In this document: positions 1-8,637 of the stretch, one piece after another
Position numbering within the stretch: position 1 is the first letter of the stretch
How the letters are laid out: every line of letters begins with the position of its first letter
Source of the DNA: an uncultured virus (IMG/VR IMGVR_UViG_3300037420_000217)
Taxonomy: Duplodnaviria; Heunggongvirae; Uroviricota; Caudoviricetes
Reading direction: 5' to 3' (one strand)
Virus record (IMG/VR): IMGVR_UViG_3300037420_000217
DNA: 64,000 bases
The notes under the pieces: model-generated
Seen by the model: the letters and a program-made list of their open reading frames with translations, nothing else
Databases searched by the model: none
What the model was told of the DNA's origin: nothing
Position numbers and translations under genes: made by a program

Positions 1-157
1 ACAGCTCCAGCCTGACCCACTCCAGGTCTGCGCCCTCGGCCGCGATGCGCATCAGCTTCAGCGCTTCGTCCAGAGTCACCCCGAAGGCTCCCGAGAGGGT
101 CAGAAACGTCGTCTCGGGCGTGTGCTTGATCTTCATGACAACTTTGTACCGGGTCAT
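1..157 (-). CDS. Hypothetical protein, 5' part only (runs off window start)
   Basis: ATG at 157 overlaps the TGA of the upstream gene (ATGA); open frame MTRYKVVMKIKHTPETTFLTLSGAFGV... to the window edge. Confidence 0.6.
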   Translation of the reverse strand, partial: MTRYKVVMKIKHTPETTFLTLSGAFGVTLDEALKLMRIAAEGADLEWVRLEL

Positions 158-396
158 TGCTTGAACTCCACCCTGATTGAGCTGTGGTTTTCCAAGTCCA
201 GCCGGGTCCGGGTGTGGGGTTCACCCACTTGGTCCAGCATTGCCTCCAGAGCGTCCGCGTTCTGCTTGGCGCAGTTGCCATCGCAACCGAGGGTCACCAC
301 CCTCGGTTGCTTGGGCTGCGGCAGGCGCATGTAGCTCCAGGGGTCCAAATTCAGCAAGAACCGGACCCCGAGCTTGAACCAGCCCCACATGCTCAC
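154..396 (-). CDS. Hypothetical protein (80 aa)
   Basis: ORF track; GTGA/ATGA coupling with both neighbours. Confidence 0.6.
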   Translation of the reverse strand: MSMWGWFKLGVRFLLNLDPWSYMRLPQPKQPRVVTLGCDGNCAKQNADALEAMLDQVGEPHTRTRLDLENHSSIRVEFKQ

Positions 397-1535
397 TTCA
401 GCCTCCCAGCCGACGACGGCGCACCTTGGTTGACCTGCTTGTCCAGGCCCACACCAGCCCCAGCTTCGGAGCCGCGACGGAAGTGAGTGGAGCCACGACG
501 CCTGTCGCGTTCCTCATTCTCCCGGTCCCGAGCATTCCAGTACCGGCGGTTGGCCCGCTCCTCACGCGCCTCACGATCCGCCTTCTGCTTGGGCGTCTCC
601 TTGGCGTGCTTGGCACGCTCTGCCACCTTGTCGTTGTGCCAACGCATGGCCAGCTCAATGGCGAGCCGCATCAGCGCCTCCAGGCGTTCCGGGTCGATGC
701 TGAAGCGCTCGGCCTGTTCCTCAGCCACCTTGGTGGCGAAGGGGATCACCAGTTCAGGGTCGTTGACGTCCGCCATCTCGCGTCCCAGAGCCCAATAGGC
801 CTCATTGCGCATGGTGGCCTCAGCCTCGTTCTCGATGCGCTTGCGAGCCGACGTGCCGGGCTCCCGGCCAAGCCGGAAGTCCTCGTTGGCATCCTTCTCG
901 GCTTGCTGGACGTCCTCCAGGACGATCATCAGCGCTGTGCCGGGGGCTGCCGAGGGATGGCGAGCGGCAGCGTTCGCTTCAGCGGCCTGGCGCTTCTGTT
1001 CAGCCAGGGCGTCCAGGTGGCGCTGCTTGAGGCGCTTGCCAAGGCGATCTGCCATGCCTTCCTTGAAGCCGATGGCCTCGCGGCTGAGGATCATCTTGGG
1101 ATCGCCGCCGACGTATTCCCGAGCCAGACGCTCCATGGTCTGGTTGAGGTAGTCGAATGTCTGTTGGGCCGACACCACATTGGCCTCGCGGCCGATCATG
1201 TTGTAGCCGGAGGGAGCCCAGCGACGGCCGTTCCAATCGGTCTTGATCGAGAGGTGGACGAAGTTCACCTCAGCGATGATGGCCATCAGCTCCTGCTGAT
1301 ACTTGTACCCGGCGCGGCCCTTCGCAGCGGCCTTGGCGCGCTTGCCGCCTTCGCCGTCCGACGACTTGCCAGCCATCTCCAGGGCGGCCATCGTGAGGTT
1401 GTGCTCCCGCATGATGCGCTGCATCATCTCGGTGGCGTTGTTGGCCTCGTTCTCGTTGGCTCCGTCGTCCTTGGCGAGCGCGTTGAGCTTCAGCAGGCGG
1501 TCGATGACCTTCGGGTCAATGGCAGCTTCTGACAT
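393..1535 (-). CDS. DUF2786-like domain phage protein
   Basis: N-terminus IDRLLKLNALAKD..ANENEANNA..M..HNL fits the DUF2786 pattern; start moved to ATG 1535 (MSEAAID), preceded by the AGAAACCGAG leader motif. Confidence 0.75.
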   Translation of the reverse strand: MSEAAIDPKVIDRLLKLNALAKDDGANENEANNATEMMQRIMREHNLTMAALEMAGKSSDGEGGKRAKAAAKGRAGYKYQQELMAIIAEVNFVHLSIKTDWNGRRWAPSGYNMIGREANVVSAQQTFDYLNQTMERLAREYVGGDPKMILSREAIGFKEGMADRLGKRLKQRHLDALAEQKRQAAEANAAARHPSAAPGTALMIVLEDVQQAEKDANEDFRLGREPGTSARKRIENEAEATMRNEAYWALGREMADVNDPELVIPFATKVAEEQAERFSIDPERLEALMRLAIELAMRWHNDKVAERAKHAKETPKQKADREAREERANRRYWNARDRENEERDRRRGSTHFRRGSEAGAGVGLDKQVNQGAPSSAGRLK

Positions 1536-1573
1536 GGTCGTTCTCTCGGTTTCTGGAGGTGGGGCTTGGAAGA

Positions 1574-1795
1574 TCAGATTGGCTTGTAGTTGACGGTGGC
1601 AACCCACCGTCCGCAAACCTTGTCAACCTGAGCGAGGTCCATAGAGCAACCGTATTGGTTCTTGGCGCTGCCAGGCATCTCAAAATAGATGCGGGTGCCG
1701 TAAGCTCCATCACCACACTGACCTAGGCCAATTTGCACGTAACCGCGCGAGGTCACAGCCTTGATGGCTTCAGCCTTATTCCGAAAATTGGTCAT
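1574..1795 (-). CDS. Small early hypothetical protein (73 aa)
   Basis: Directly downstream of a repeated promoter and AGAAACTGAGG/SD. Confidence 0.7.
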   Translation of the reverse strand: MTNFRNKAEAIKAVTSRGYVQIGLGQCGDGAYGTRIYFEMPGSAKNQYGCSMDLAQVDKVCGRWVATVNYKPI

Positions 1796-1821
1796 CTCGT
1801 TGTTCCTCAGTTTCTAAGACC

Positions 1822-1851
1822 CTTGTAGCCTCCAGAGCGGGGATAGGTCAA
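1822..1851 (-). promoter_or_regulatory. Sigma70-type phage promoter TTGACC-N18-TACAAG with TATCCCC box in spacer
   Basis: Minus strand TTGACCTATCCCCGCTCTGGAGGCTACAAG; one of five near-identical copies. Confidence 0.8.
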
Positions 1852-1942
1852 TCCCCTTAAATGTTAAATCGTACCGAGTGTGGTAAGTGTGTCCTATCGC
1901 TGACCAGGTGACGAGGCACGTGGTCAGCGATGGCAGCCAACC

Positions 1943-2206
1943 CTAGTGGACCAACCGCAGCGCGAAGGCGCAGCCGTAGCCCAGAGCAACCACACCGATC
2001 ACCAGGGCTGTGGCGAGCTGCAGGCGCTTCATCCGCTCGGCGCGGTCCCAGGCCGACTGCGGCGGGGTGTACACGTAGCTGCCGAAAGGGTAGTCACGTC
2101 CCAGGTTCAGCGCCCCTCTGGTGCCATGATCGCCAGGTCGGTGGGCATCCTGCCACCTGATGTCGGCTTCGATCCGGTTGGGGTTCTTTCCAAGTCCGTA
2201 TTGCAT
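1943..2206 (-). CDS. Hypothetical protein with C-terminal TM helix (87 aa)
   Basis: ORF with GAGG upstream; hydrophobic C-terminus LATALVIGVVALGYGCAFAL. Confidence 0.6.
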   Translation of the reverse strand: MQYGLGKNPNRIEADIRWQDAHRPGDHGTRGALNLGRDYPFGSYVYTPPQSAWDRAERMKRLQLATALVIGVVALGYGCAFALRLVH

Positions 2207-2247
2207 CGTATTCCATCCTCGTTTGCGCAGGGTGCATCCTACGGTGG

Positions 2248-2279
2248 AAAGCCAGGCTCGGTTGCAGCGAGCCTGGCTT
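2248..2279 (-). terminator. Intrinsic terminator-like hairpin
   Basis: Perfect 12-bp inverted repeat AAGCCAGGCTCG/CGAGCCTGGCTT with a short T run on the minus strand, downstream of the gene ending at 2300. Confidence 0.6.
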
Positions 2280-2299
2280 ACGGCCCTAGGAGGCAGCGC

Positions 2300-2935
2300 C
2301 TAGAAGTTGCCGGGGTTAGCGTCCTTGGCCTGCTCCAAGAACTCGGTCAGGGCCTGGGACTTGGTGTCCTCCTCATCCCAATCCTCGCCAGGGTCCTCGC
2401 TGTCAGGCTCCTGCGCAATCAGAGCGTCCATCTGCGCGTCAGTCGCAGACTCATCTTGTTCCAGCTCCTCAATGGCTTGCCAATGAGCGTCCCACTCCAC
2501 CTTGGCCTCAGCAGCCTTCTGGATGTCGTCCAGAGCGTTTTCCAGCTCGTCAGCGGCTTCGTCGATGGCGTCAGCCCACTCATCGCAGTCGCTCGCGCGC
2601 TGCTCCAACAGCTGGCCCGTCTCGCCCTGCTGGAGGCCTTCGGGCATGTTGTCGAAGCTGTCTTGGGCCTCCTGACCAGCCTCGCGGATTTGCTCTGCCA
2701 CAGCCCGCAGGTCCTCAGCACACGTGATGTTGTCGAAGCCTTCGTCTTCAATCTGCCAGATGGCCTGGTTGAAGGAGCTGGTGGTCAGCTGCCACCGCTT
2801 CGGCTGCGTCTTCGACCGCAGCGTGTAGCCAGAGCGAGGTCCCGTCTTGATGTCGGCGGTCCAGTACAGATCGCCCTTCTTGATGCCCTGCTGCGGGTAG
2901 TCCTTACGGGCCTTGACTTGCTTGGCACGTGCCAT
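2300..2935 (-). CDS. Hypothetical phage protein, acidic coiled-coil C-terminus (211 aa)
   Basis: Long ORF, phage-like codon use, GAGG SD. Confidence 0.75.
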   Translation of the reverse strand: MARAKQVKARKDYPQQGIKKGDLYWTADIKTGPRSGYTLRSKTQPKRWQLTTSSFNQAIWQIEDEGFDNITCAEDLRAVAEQIREAGQEAQDSFDNMPEGLQQGETGQLLEQRASDCDEWADAIDEAADELENALDDIQKAAEAKVEWDAHWQAIEELEQDESATDAQMDALIAQEPDSEDPGEDWDEEDTKSQALTEFLEQAKDANPGNF

Positions 2936-2960
2936 GTTGGTGTTCCTCTGCTATGTGGGA

Positions 2961-2984
2961 AAGGTCCCCGGCCGAAGCCGGGGA
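2961..2984 (-). terminator. Hairpin with C(UUCG)G tetraloop
   Basis: Minus strand TCCCCGGC-TTCG-GCCGGGGA-CCTTT in an intergenic gap. Confidence 0.55.
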
Positions 2985-2993
2985 TGTGGGGTT

Positions 2994-3485
2994 TTACGCT
3001 GTGGCCTTCTTGACCCAGGCCGCCGCACCAGCCTCGGTGCGGAACAGGCGCAGCGGCGTCGGGTAGCCGGGGCGCTTCGAAGGGGCGGCCAGGACCCAGG
3101 CCCCCTTGGAGTCAACCAGCCCGAAGCTCTTGCCGTTCGGGACGATCTTGACCTTGCCCGAGGGTTGCTGAGTAGTCTTCATGGCCGTCACCGCCTTGGC
3201 GATCTTGCCTGCCGTGCGCTTCAGCAGGGAGCCGTACTGGCCGCCGCAGCCGAGGCATTCGTGCTGCCGGATGAAGCCCTTGCGCTGCTGAGGGGTCTCA
3301 GCGTCTTCGACGGACCAAGCGCCATTCGACAGGTGAAGGCCGCAGTGAGGGCAGTGACCGTAGTCGTCACCCTCAACCATCTCGACGCCATGATAGCAAG
3401 AGACGATGGCGCTCAGCTGCTCATCCGTGTACTCAGTCGCGGCGATCCGGCCGCGCTTGGCCTCGTAGGTTTCCGGGGCGGTCAT
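2994..3485 (-). CDS. Early hypothetical protein with two CxxC motifs (163 aa)
   Basis: CPHC and CLGC; first gene after the promoter at 3513-3541. Confidence 0.75.
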   Translation of the reverse strand: MTAPETYEAKRGRIAATEYTDEQLSAIVSCYHGVEMVEGDDYGHCPHCGLHLSNGAWSVEDAETPQQRKGFIRQHECLGCGGQYGSLLKRTAGKIAKAVTAMKTTQQPSGKVKIVPNGKSFGLVDSKGAWVLAAPSKRPGYPTPLRLFRTEAGAAAWVKKATA

Positions 3486-3512
3486 CTCGGTAGCTCCTCA
3501 GTTTCTAAGGAA

Positions 3513-3541
3513 CTTGTAGCCTCAGACCGGGGATAGGTCAA
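3513..3541 (-). promoter_or_regulatory. Sigma70-type phage promoter TTGACC-N17-TACAAG with TATCCCC box
   Basis: Minus strand TTGACCTATCCCCGGTCTGAGGCTACAAG. Confidence 0.8.
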
Positions 3542-3581
3542 CCCCCTGGACGAAAATAATTTCTGTCCAGGGGCTACCGTG

Positions 3582-4124
3582 TCAGGCTTCTGCCACGCAC
3601 TGCTGGACGTCGAAGTGACGGGCCATGATGATCGGAGCCAGCTCCGGTGGGCTGTAGTTCGGACCCTTCAGCACCCGGCCGGAAGGCGCCACCAACGGCT
3701 TGCCGCCGTTCCCGAGCTTGCTCATGTTGGACCGGTGGACCTCCCGAGCCCCAAGAGCCTTGATCTCACCCATGCCGTAGATCAGGAAGGTGCCGTTTGT
3801 CACGTAGTCGATGTCCAGCAGAGCATCGAACACCTGGACCTCATCCTGGTCTGCCAGCCCGGCAGCCAGCTCCCCCGGCTCCTCCACGTGGAGCTGCATC
3901 CGAACCAGCGCCAGTCCCAGCGCAGCCCGGCCATCCGCGTTCGCCTGGGCTGCCTGCTTCTTGAGCCGTTGGGCTAGCAGCGCCAGCTCAGTGGCGAGTT
4001 CGCCCAGCACGTCCCGGTCGGCCTCGCTCAGTTCTGGCAGATAGGGTTCTGGCGGTGAGGGCATCTCGTAGGCCCTGTGGAACTCATCGACCCTTGCCAG
4101 GTTCATGTCTTCGAATTTGATCAT
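3582..4124 (-). CDS. MazG-like (PRA-PH family) nucleoside-triphosphate pyrophosphohydrolase
   Basis: EEPGEL...DALLDIDYV...EVHRSNMSK...GRVLKGPNYSPP motifs of all-alpha NTP-PPases. Confidence 0.8.
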   Translation of the reverse strand: MIKFEDMNLARVDEFHRAYEMPSPPEPYLPELSEADRDVLGELATELALLAQRLKKQAAQANADGRAALGLALVRMQLHVEEPGELAAGLADQDEVQVFDALLDIDYVTNGTFLIYGMGEIKALGAREVHRSNMSKLGNGGKPLVAPSGRVLKGPNYSPPELAPIIMARHFDVQQCVAEA

Positions 4125-4176
4125 GGTAGCCCTCCGTTTCTCGCCTTAGAGGCGAACAGATATGGCGCTTCGCCGA

Positions 4177-6582
4177 TTAGTAAGGGTCCTCAGCGTTGTC
4201 CAACATTCCCTGGTCCGGTTTCGGTTCCGGGACATCATCTTTCGGCCAATCGAAGTGCGAGCCACCGGCATAACGCTTGTCCCAAGAAGCTCTAGCATTC
4301 TCCAGTGACGGGAGCTCATAGAAGTAGGCCCGCTCACGTGCTTCATAGCTCATTCCGTGAGCGTCCGTCTTGGTCAGCGTTGCCATCTTCTGCGAGCTGA
4401 CCGGGAACGGTTTGTCCAGGACCCGGCTGAGGAATTTGCCCAGGGCGGTGGGGCTGACCCGACGCATGATCTTTTGCGCTTCAGCGTACCGTAGGTAGTC
4501 CTGGTGTAGACGCTCCTTCATCACTGAAGTGTGCCATTCGTTGGAGCTAGCGGTGGTGCGGCCATCCATCAACCGCTCCATCCACCACTGCTCCTCCACC
4601 GACATGCTGAACAGCTTCTGGTCACGCAGGGCGTCCGTCTGCGGCACCTTGCGCACGTCGAAGTCCGCAAGGTCCAGACTCATCAGGAAGTGCAGCAGGT
4701 TCTCCCGGCCACCGTTGTCCATCGCCCGGCGTATCTCCTTGAAGTACACCGTGGACTGCTTCTGCCCGTCCCCCACATCCATGACCAGGAAGCGGCGCTC
4801 ATCCATCCCGGCCGGCACCAGCCAATGGCCGTTACCTGCCATCAGGAGGTGGGTGAAGTTGGGCCCAATCTCCGCATCGACCCCCTTGCCTTCCACCACC
4901 ACCGTGTCCTCGGTGATCAGGGTCTTCAGCACCGACTCATGCTGCTTGTCCCCAGCGAAGAACGCCTCATCAGCGAACAAGACCACGCAGTCCCGCAAGT
5001 GCGCATTGAACTGACCCACGAGGTGCTTGGCTGAACTCACCTGGAGGTAATGACGGCCCCAGAGCGATCCGAAGCCATTGATGAAGGTGCCTTTGCCGGT
5101 CCCCTGCCCACCACGCAGGACGATAGCAACCTCACCCTGCTCATCCGGCTGTTGGACGCAGCGTGCCAGCCAGTGGATGACGTAGTGGTAATGCTCCTCA
5201 TTGCCAGAGCATATGTTGTCCAGCAGGTGCTTGAGGTAGGGCTGGTGCTGATCCCCTGGCAGGGCGTCGCAGGCGAACCCACGCCACAGGTTGTAGGCGT
5301 CCGGCACCTCCCGGCGAGGCGCAAACACCATGGTCTCATACTGTCGCCGCAGTTGGTGTTCCAGCCACCACTTGCCGGCAGGCTTGTAGATCGGTGCGCC
5401 TTCCTTGGTCGTACCGACCTGGACCTTCATGTGCATGTAACGATTGCGGAAGTCCTCAAAAGACTGCTTGCTCACCCGTGATCTTGGACGCTTGAGCGAA
5501 GTATCCAGCACCTCAGATATGACACGGCACTTGCCGCCGATGTCGGCAATTACAGCGTGCGCCTCGTTCATCTTGCGCAGTAGTGGTTCCTCGACTTCCT
5601 CCTTGGCACGCTGAATTTGCCGGGCCGCGTATTCGACCGGACGGCGCTGCTTGGTAACATGTTCGCTGACAGCGTAGTCAGGATCAAGGAGGATAGCGGC
5701 GATGATGTCATCAGCAACGTTAGCTCGAACAAGCTCACAGCACACAGCGAAGCATACTTCAGACTTGCTCTGATACTTGGTCGGGTCATCGGGATCGTCC
5801 CCCTGTACGATCAACATGCGGGTGCGCTGCGTGACGTGCTCGGGCAGGTCTGTCATCACGTTGACAGACGGCAGGTTGCCGCTCAGCTGGACCTTCGCCC
5901 CGCCGCCGATAGCGCCACTATCCTGCTGGACGCGAGGCGCGGCTGTGAAGTCGTACAGCGGGTGCTCAGTCCCTGCATCGGTGAGCAGCTTCGCCAGGAA
6001 GGGGATGCGACCCTTGGCCACCTTCTTCTGGTTGGGGAAGTTGACCGTGCCAGGAAGGCGCATCACCCGGTCGATGTTGAAGCAGTGGTCCCCTCCCAGC
6101 ACCTTCTCCAGCTGCTGGTTGTAGGCCTCCAAGTCCGCGATCCGCACAGGGTCGCCGCCGACGTGAACAGCGTCATCCAGCCGCCAGAAGGCCTGAACCC
6201 CGCCGCCACTGTCGACAATGAAGGTGGGAGACGGCTTGAAATCCTCCAGCGCCTTCAGGGCGCGTGGCTTGGCTGCCTCCCAGGTCTCTCCCTTGCGAGG
6301 ATCGATGTCAACGTGGAGATATTCCAGCGCCTCCACGTCCTCTTTCTTGGCCTTGGAGGACAGCGGACCCCGCGCCGGGTTCACCATGAAATAAACGTTG
6401 TTGCCGCGTTCCTCGTGGCTTTCCAACCACTTGATCAGACGCTCAACGTTGGCCATGTTGAACGTGGCAGTGTCCGTCCGACCACCCTCGTTTGGGATAG
6501 CCGTCAGCACCCAAGGACCGCCGGTGCGGAACTTGTCCAGGAAGGCCACTGCCTCCTTGGGTTGACCCTTGGGTAAGCTCAC
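4177..6582 (-). CDS. Primase-helicase (RepB-like primase N-domain plus SF3/DUF5906-like helicase)
   Basis: HVDID, DSGGGVQAFW, RVMRLPGT in the N-half; Walker A GGQGTGKGT, FADE, ERRF in the C-half. Confidence 0.85.
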   Translation of the reverse strand: MSLPKGQPKEAVAFLDKFRTGGPWVLTAIPNEGGRTDTATFNMANVERLIKWLESHEERGNNVYFMVNPARGPLSSKAKKEDVEALEYLHVDIDPRKGETWEAAKPRALKALEDFKPSPTFIVDSGGGVQAFWRLDDAVHVGGDPVRIADLEAYNQQLEKVLGGDHCFNIDRVMRLPGTVNFPNQKKVAKGRIPFLAKLLTDAGTEHPLYDFTAAPRVQQDSGAIGGGAKVQLSGNLPSVNVMTDLPEHVTQRTRMLIVQGDDPDDPTKYQSKSEVCFAVCCELVRANVADDIIAAILLDPDYAVSEHVTKQRRPVEYAARQIQRAKEEVEEPLLRKMNEAHAVIADIGGKCRVISEVLDTSLKRPRSRVSKQSFEDFRNRYMHMKVQVGTTKEGAPIYKPAGKWWLEHQLRRQYETMVFAPRREVPDAYNLWRGFACDALPGDQHQPYLKHLLDNICSGNEEHYHYVIHWLARCVQQPDEQGEVAIVLRGGQGTGKGTFINGFGSLWGRHYLQVSSAKHLVGQFNAHLRDCVVLFADEAFFAGDKQHESVLKTLITEDTVVVEGKGVDAEIGPNFTHLLMAGNGHWLVPAGMDERRFLVMDVGDGQKQSTVYFKEIRRAMDNGGRENLLHFLMSLDLADFDVRKVPQTDALRDQKLFSMSVEEQWWMERLMDGRTTASSNEWHTSVMKERLHQDYLRYAEAQKIMRRVSPTALGKFLSRVLDKPFPVSSQKMATLTKTDAHGMSYEARERAYFYELPSLENARASWDKRYAGGSHFDWPKDDVPEPKPDQGMLDNAEDPY

Positions 6583-6585
6583 TTG

Positions 6586-7167
6586 TTAGTTCTCCCAATA
6601 CGCCAGCAGGTCGTCAGTGCGCACACCGTAGGTGCGTTCGCAGAAGATCACTGACCAGGGTGCCCAGCCCAACGCAGCAGCCGTCTGCTCCACCGTCTTC
6701 AGGCAACGCAGTCGGTGGAACCGAGCGCGGTCAGGTGCCGGGAAGTGGTCCTCAATCCCGGTGAGCCAGCGCTTCAGACTCAACGTGTCGCTGCGACTGA
6801 TCTTGCCGATCTGGGCAGACCACACGGCCATGTCGCGGAAGGCACGCTGTGTCAGGCCCTGCTTGACGGCCATGGCGTCGAAGCCACTGAACAGGAACAG
6901 TTCCTTGCCCACCCGGACGAACACCCAGGCCAGGCCGCCCTTGTACCAGCGGCGAGTGAGCCACGGCACCTGGTCCGGCCGGAACTTGACCCTGACGGGA
7001 GTATCTGGACGCACAGGGAAGGCGTCCAGATACTTGTTCTCAATCCAGCCGTGCTTGTAGTTGACGTCCGGGGTGCCGGCCATCAGGATGTTCTCGACAC
7101 GAACCGGGTCCATGTCGAACGCCACGAGGTGCGGCCTCAGGTGGCTCCAGGCGTCGGCTTCATCCAT
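6586..7167 (-). CDS. PD-(D/E)XK nuclease, VRR-NUC/resolvase-like
   Basis: RVEN...GTPDVN...WIENK...RPDQVPWL motif; start at ATG 7167. Confidence 0.65.
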   Translation of the reverse strand: MDEADAWSHLRPHLVAFDMDPVRVENILMAGTPDVNYKHGWIENKYLDAFPVRPDTPVRVKFRPDQVPWLTRRWYKGGLAWVFVRVGKELFLFSGFDAMAVKQGLTQRAFRDMAVWSAQIGKISRSDTLSLKRWLTGIEDHFPAPDRARFHRLRCLKTVEQTAAALGWAPWSVIFCERTYGVRTDDLLAYWEN

Positions 7168-7783
7168 GGTTGAACTCCCCATTGGAGTGACGCTTAAGCA
7201 TAATAGTCCGAAGTTTGTCTTTATGTTCTTCTGAACATGGGTGTCCTTTACGACCTGTCAGAGCCATTGATATTTTAGCTCGTCTCTCTGCAGGGCAGGG
7301 ACCTCTAGATTTACCAGCGCGAGCCGCAGACAGCTTAGCGCGTGTTGTCTCGCTAGGTTTGATGCCGCGCTTAGAAGCAGATATTTTGGCTCGCGTTTCC
7401 ACAGAGGTCGAACCCCTCTGTCTACGAGCAATGGTAATCTTCTCTATGGTCGCGTCAGAGTGCCGTTGGCCCTGACGTTGAACAGATTTCCGTTGGGCAT
7501 AAGCTCTACGCAAGTCAGCATGTTTCAAACGCGAATGCCTTCCTGCGTAACGCTCATTATCCAACATCAACACAAACGCGGACACCATTGGGCCACCATG
7601 TATTTTAGCCAATAGCAGATGTCCAAAAAGGTGATCGCCATGAGACAGTTTGATTAGATTATCAGGCGCATCTGTACCACCCAGCGATCTGGGCACAACA
7701 TGGTGTGTTTCATACACGACCAACGCGTGTTGAATGAGGCGTCGAGACTGTATGAAGTCATTGTAAATGCGCTCAAGATTCAT
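7160..7783 (-). mobile_element. Free-standing HNH homing endonuclease with NUMOD3-like repeats
   Basis: ETHHVVPRSLGG.D..DNL..L...DH..GH; repeated ETRAK(I/L)S; AT-richer than flanks; start ATG 7783 overlaps the upstream TAA. Confidence 0.8.
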
Positions 7784-8244
7784 TATCTGGCTGCCTGCGG
7801 TCCAGCTTCTTGATCTTGATATTTCGCTGTCTCGGGATAAGGCAGCTCGGTTGGAGCGTCCAACCATTCAAAAATCACCTGCGCAATGGCTTGACCTTGT
7901 TCCAAACGAATCACTTTGTGGCCGTGGTTGACTAGCTCCAAAGTCAGAAAGCCTCGCCAACCAGGCTCGATGACAGTATTCATCACCGATAGTCCACGCC
8001 GTGCCAGAGACGATTTGTCGCAAACTCTCGCCATGATAGACGGAGTCATGGTGAAGCGCTCCAAGGCGGCAGCCAAAATGAATTCACCGCTCCGTAGGTA
8101 GCGCTCTTGTTTTCCATTCCCGAGGTCCAACCGTAAATCATAGCCGCAAGGCCCCAATCCATAGGTCAAACCATTGCGCTCGGTGCGCGGGTGGCAAGGC
8201 TCTAGCAGCTTGTTAAGCCTAATCGATTGAGCAGAGAGGATCAT
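7783..8244 (-). CDS. dcd: dCTP deaminase
   Basis: YGL...GYDLRL, DKSSLARRGL...NTVIEPGWRGFLTLEL, KYQDQ motifs. Confidence 0.85.
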   Translation of the reverse strand: MILSAQSIRLNKLLEPCHPRTERNGLTYGLGPCGYDLRLDLGNGKQERYLRSGEFILAAALERFTMTPSIMARVCDKSSLARRGLSVMNTVIEPGWRGFLTLELVNHGHKVIRLEQGQAIAQVIFEWLDAPTELPYPETAKYQDQEAGPQAAR

Positions 8245-8561
8245 TTGTCCAACATTGCCTCAAGACGTCCGGAGCTGCGCAGGGGCACATAGCTCACCAC
8301 CCGGATGTCGCTCGGCCACACGCCGAGCTTCTTGGCGATCCGGGGGGTGATCCGAGTGGCCTCGTAGTACAGCCAGCCGCTGTGCGGTCCCCGCAGGATG
8401 CGCCGTTGGGCCAGGAACACCAGCCCTTCGTCGCTGGCCTTCATCGCGCTGTGGAGTGACGCGTGGTCCTCCTGCGTCCTGCGCGGGTCCTTGTTATCGC
8501 ACTTGAAGTAGGTCATCTTCTGACCCGGAAGGGCCTTCAACGCCCAGGTGTACACGCTCAC
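8241..8561 (-). CDS. Hypothetical phage protein (~106 aa)
   Basis: Start moved to GTG 8561 with GGAGG SD; ATGA overlap with dcd. Confidence 0.6.
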   Translation of the reverse strand: MSVYTWALKALPGQKMTYFKCDNKDPRRTQEDHASLHSAMKASDEGLVFLAQRRILRGPHSGWLYYEATRITPRIAKKLGVWPSDIRVVSYVPLRSSGRLEAMLDK

Positions 8562-8637
8562 GGCTCTAGGCCCTCCACTTCGGAAGTCGCACCCTACCTG
8601 GTCGATGGTTGCAACCGCGACTACAGGCGGTTGAGGG

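Noticed and set aside
1857..1867. TTAA pair as a CtrA box
   Set aside because: Spacing is 3 nt rather than TTAA-N7-TTAA
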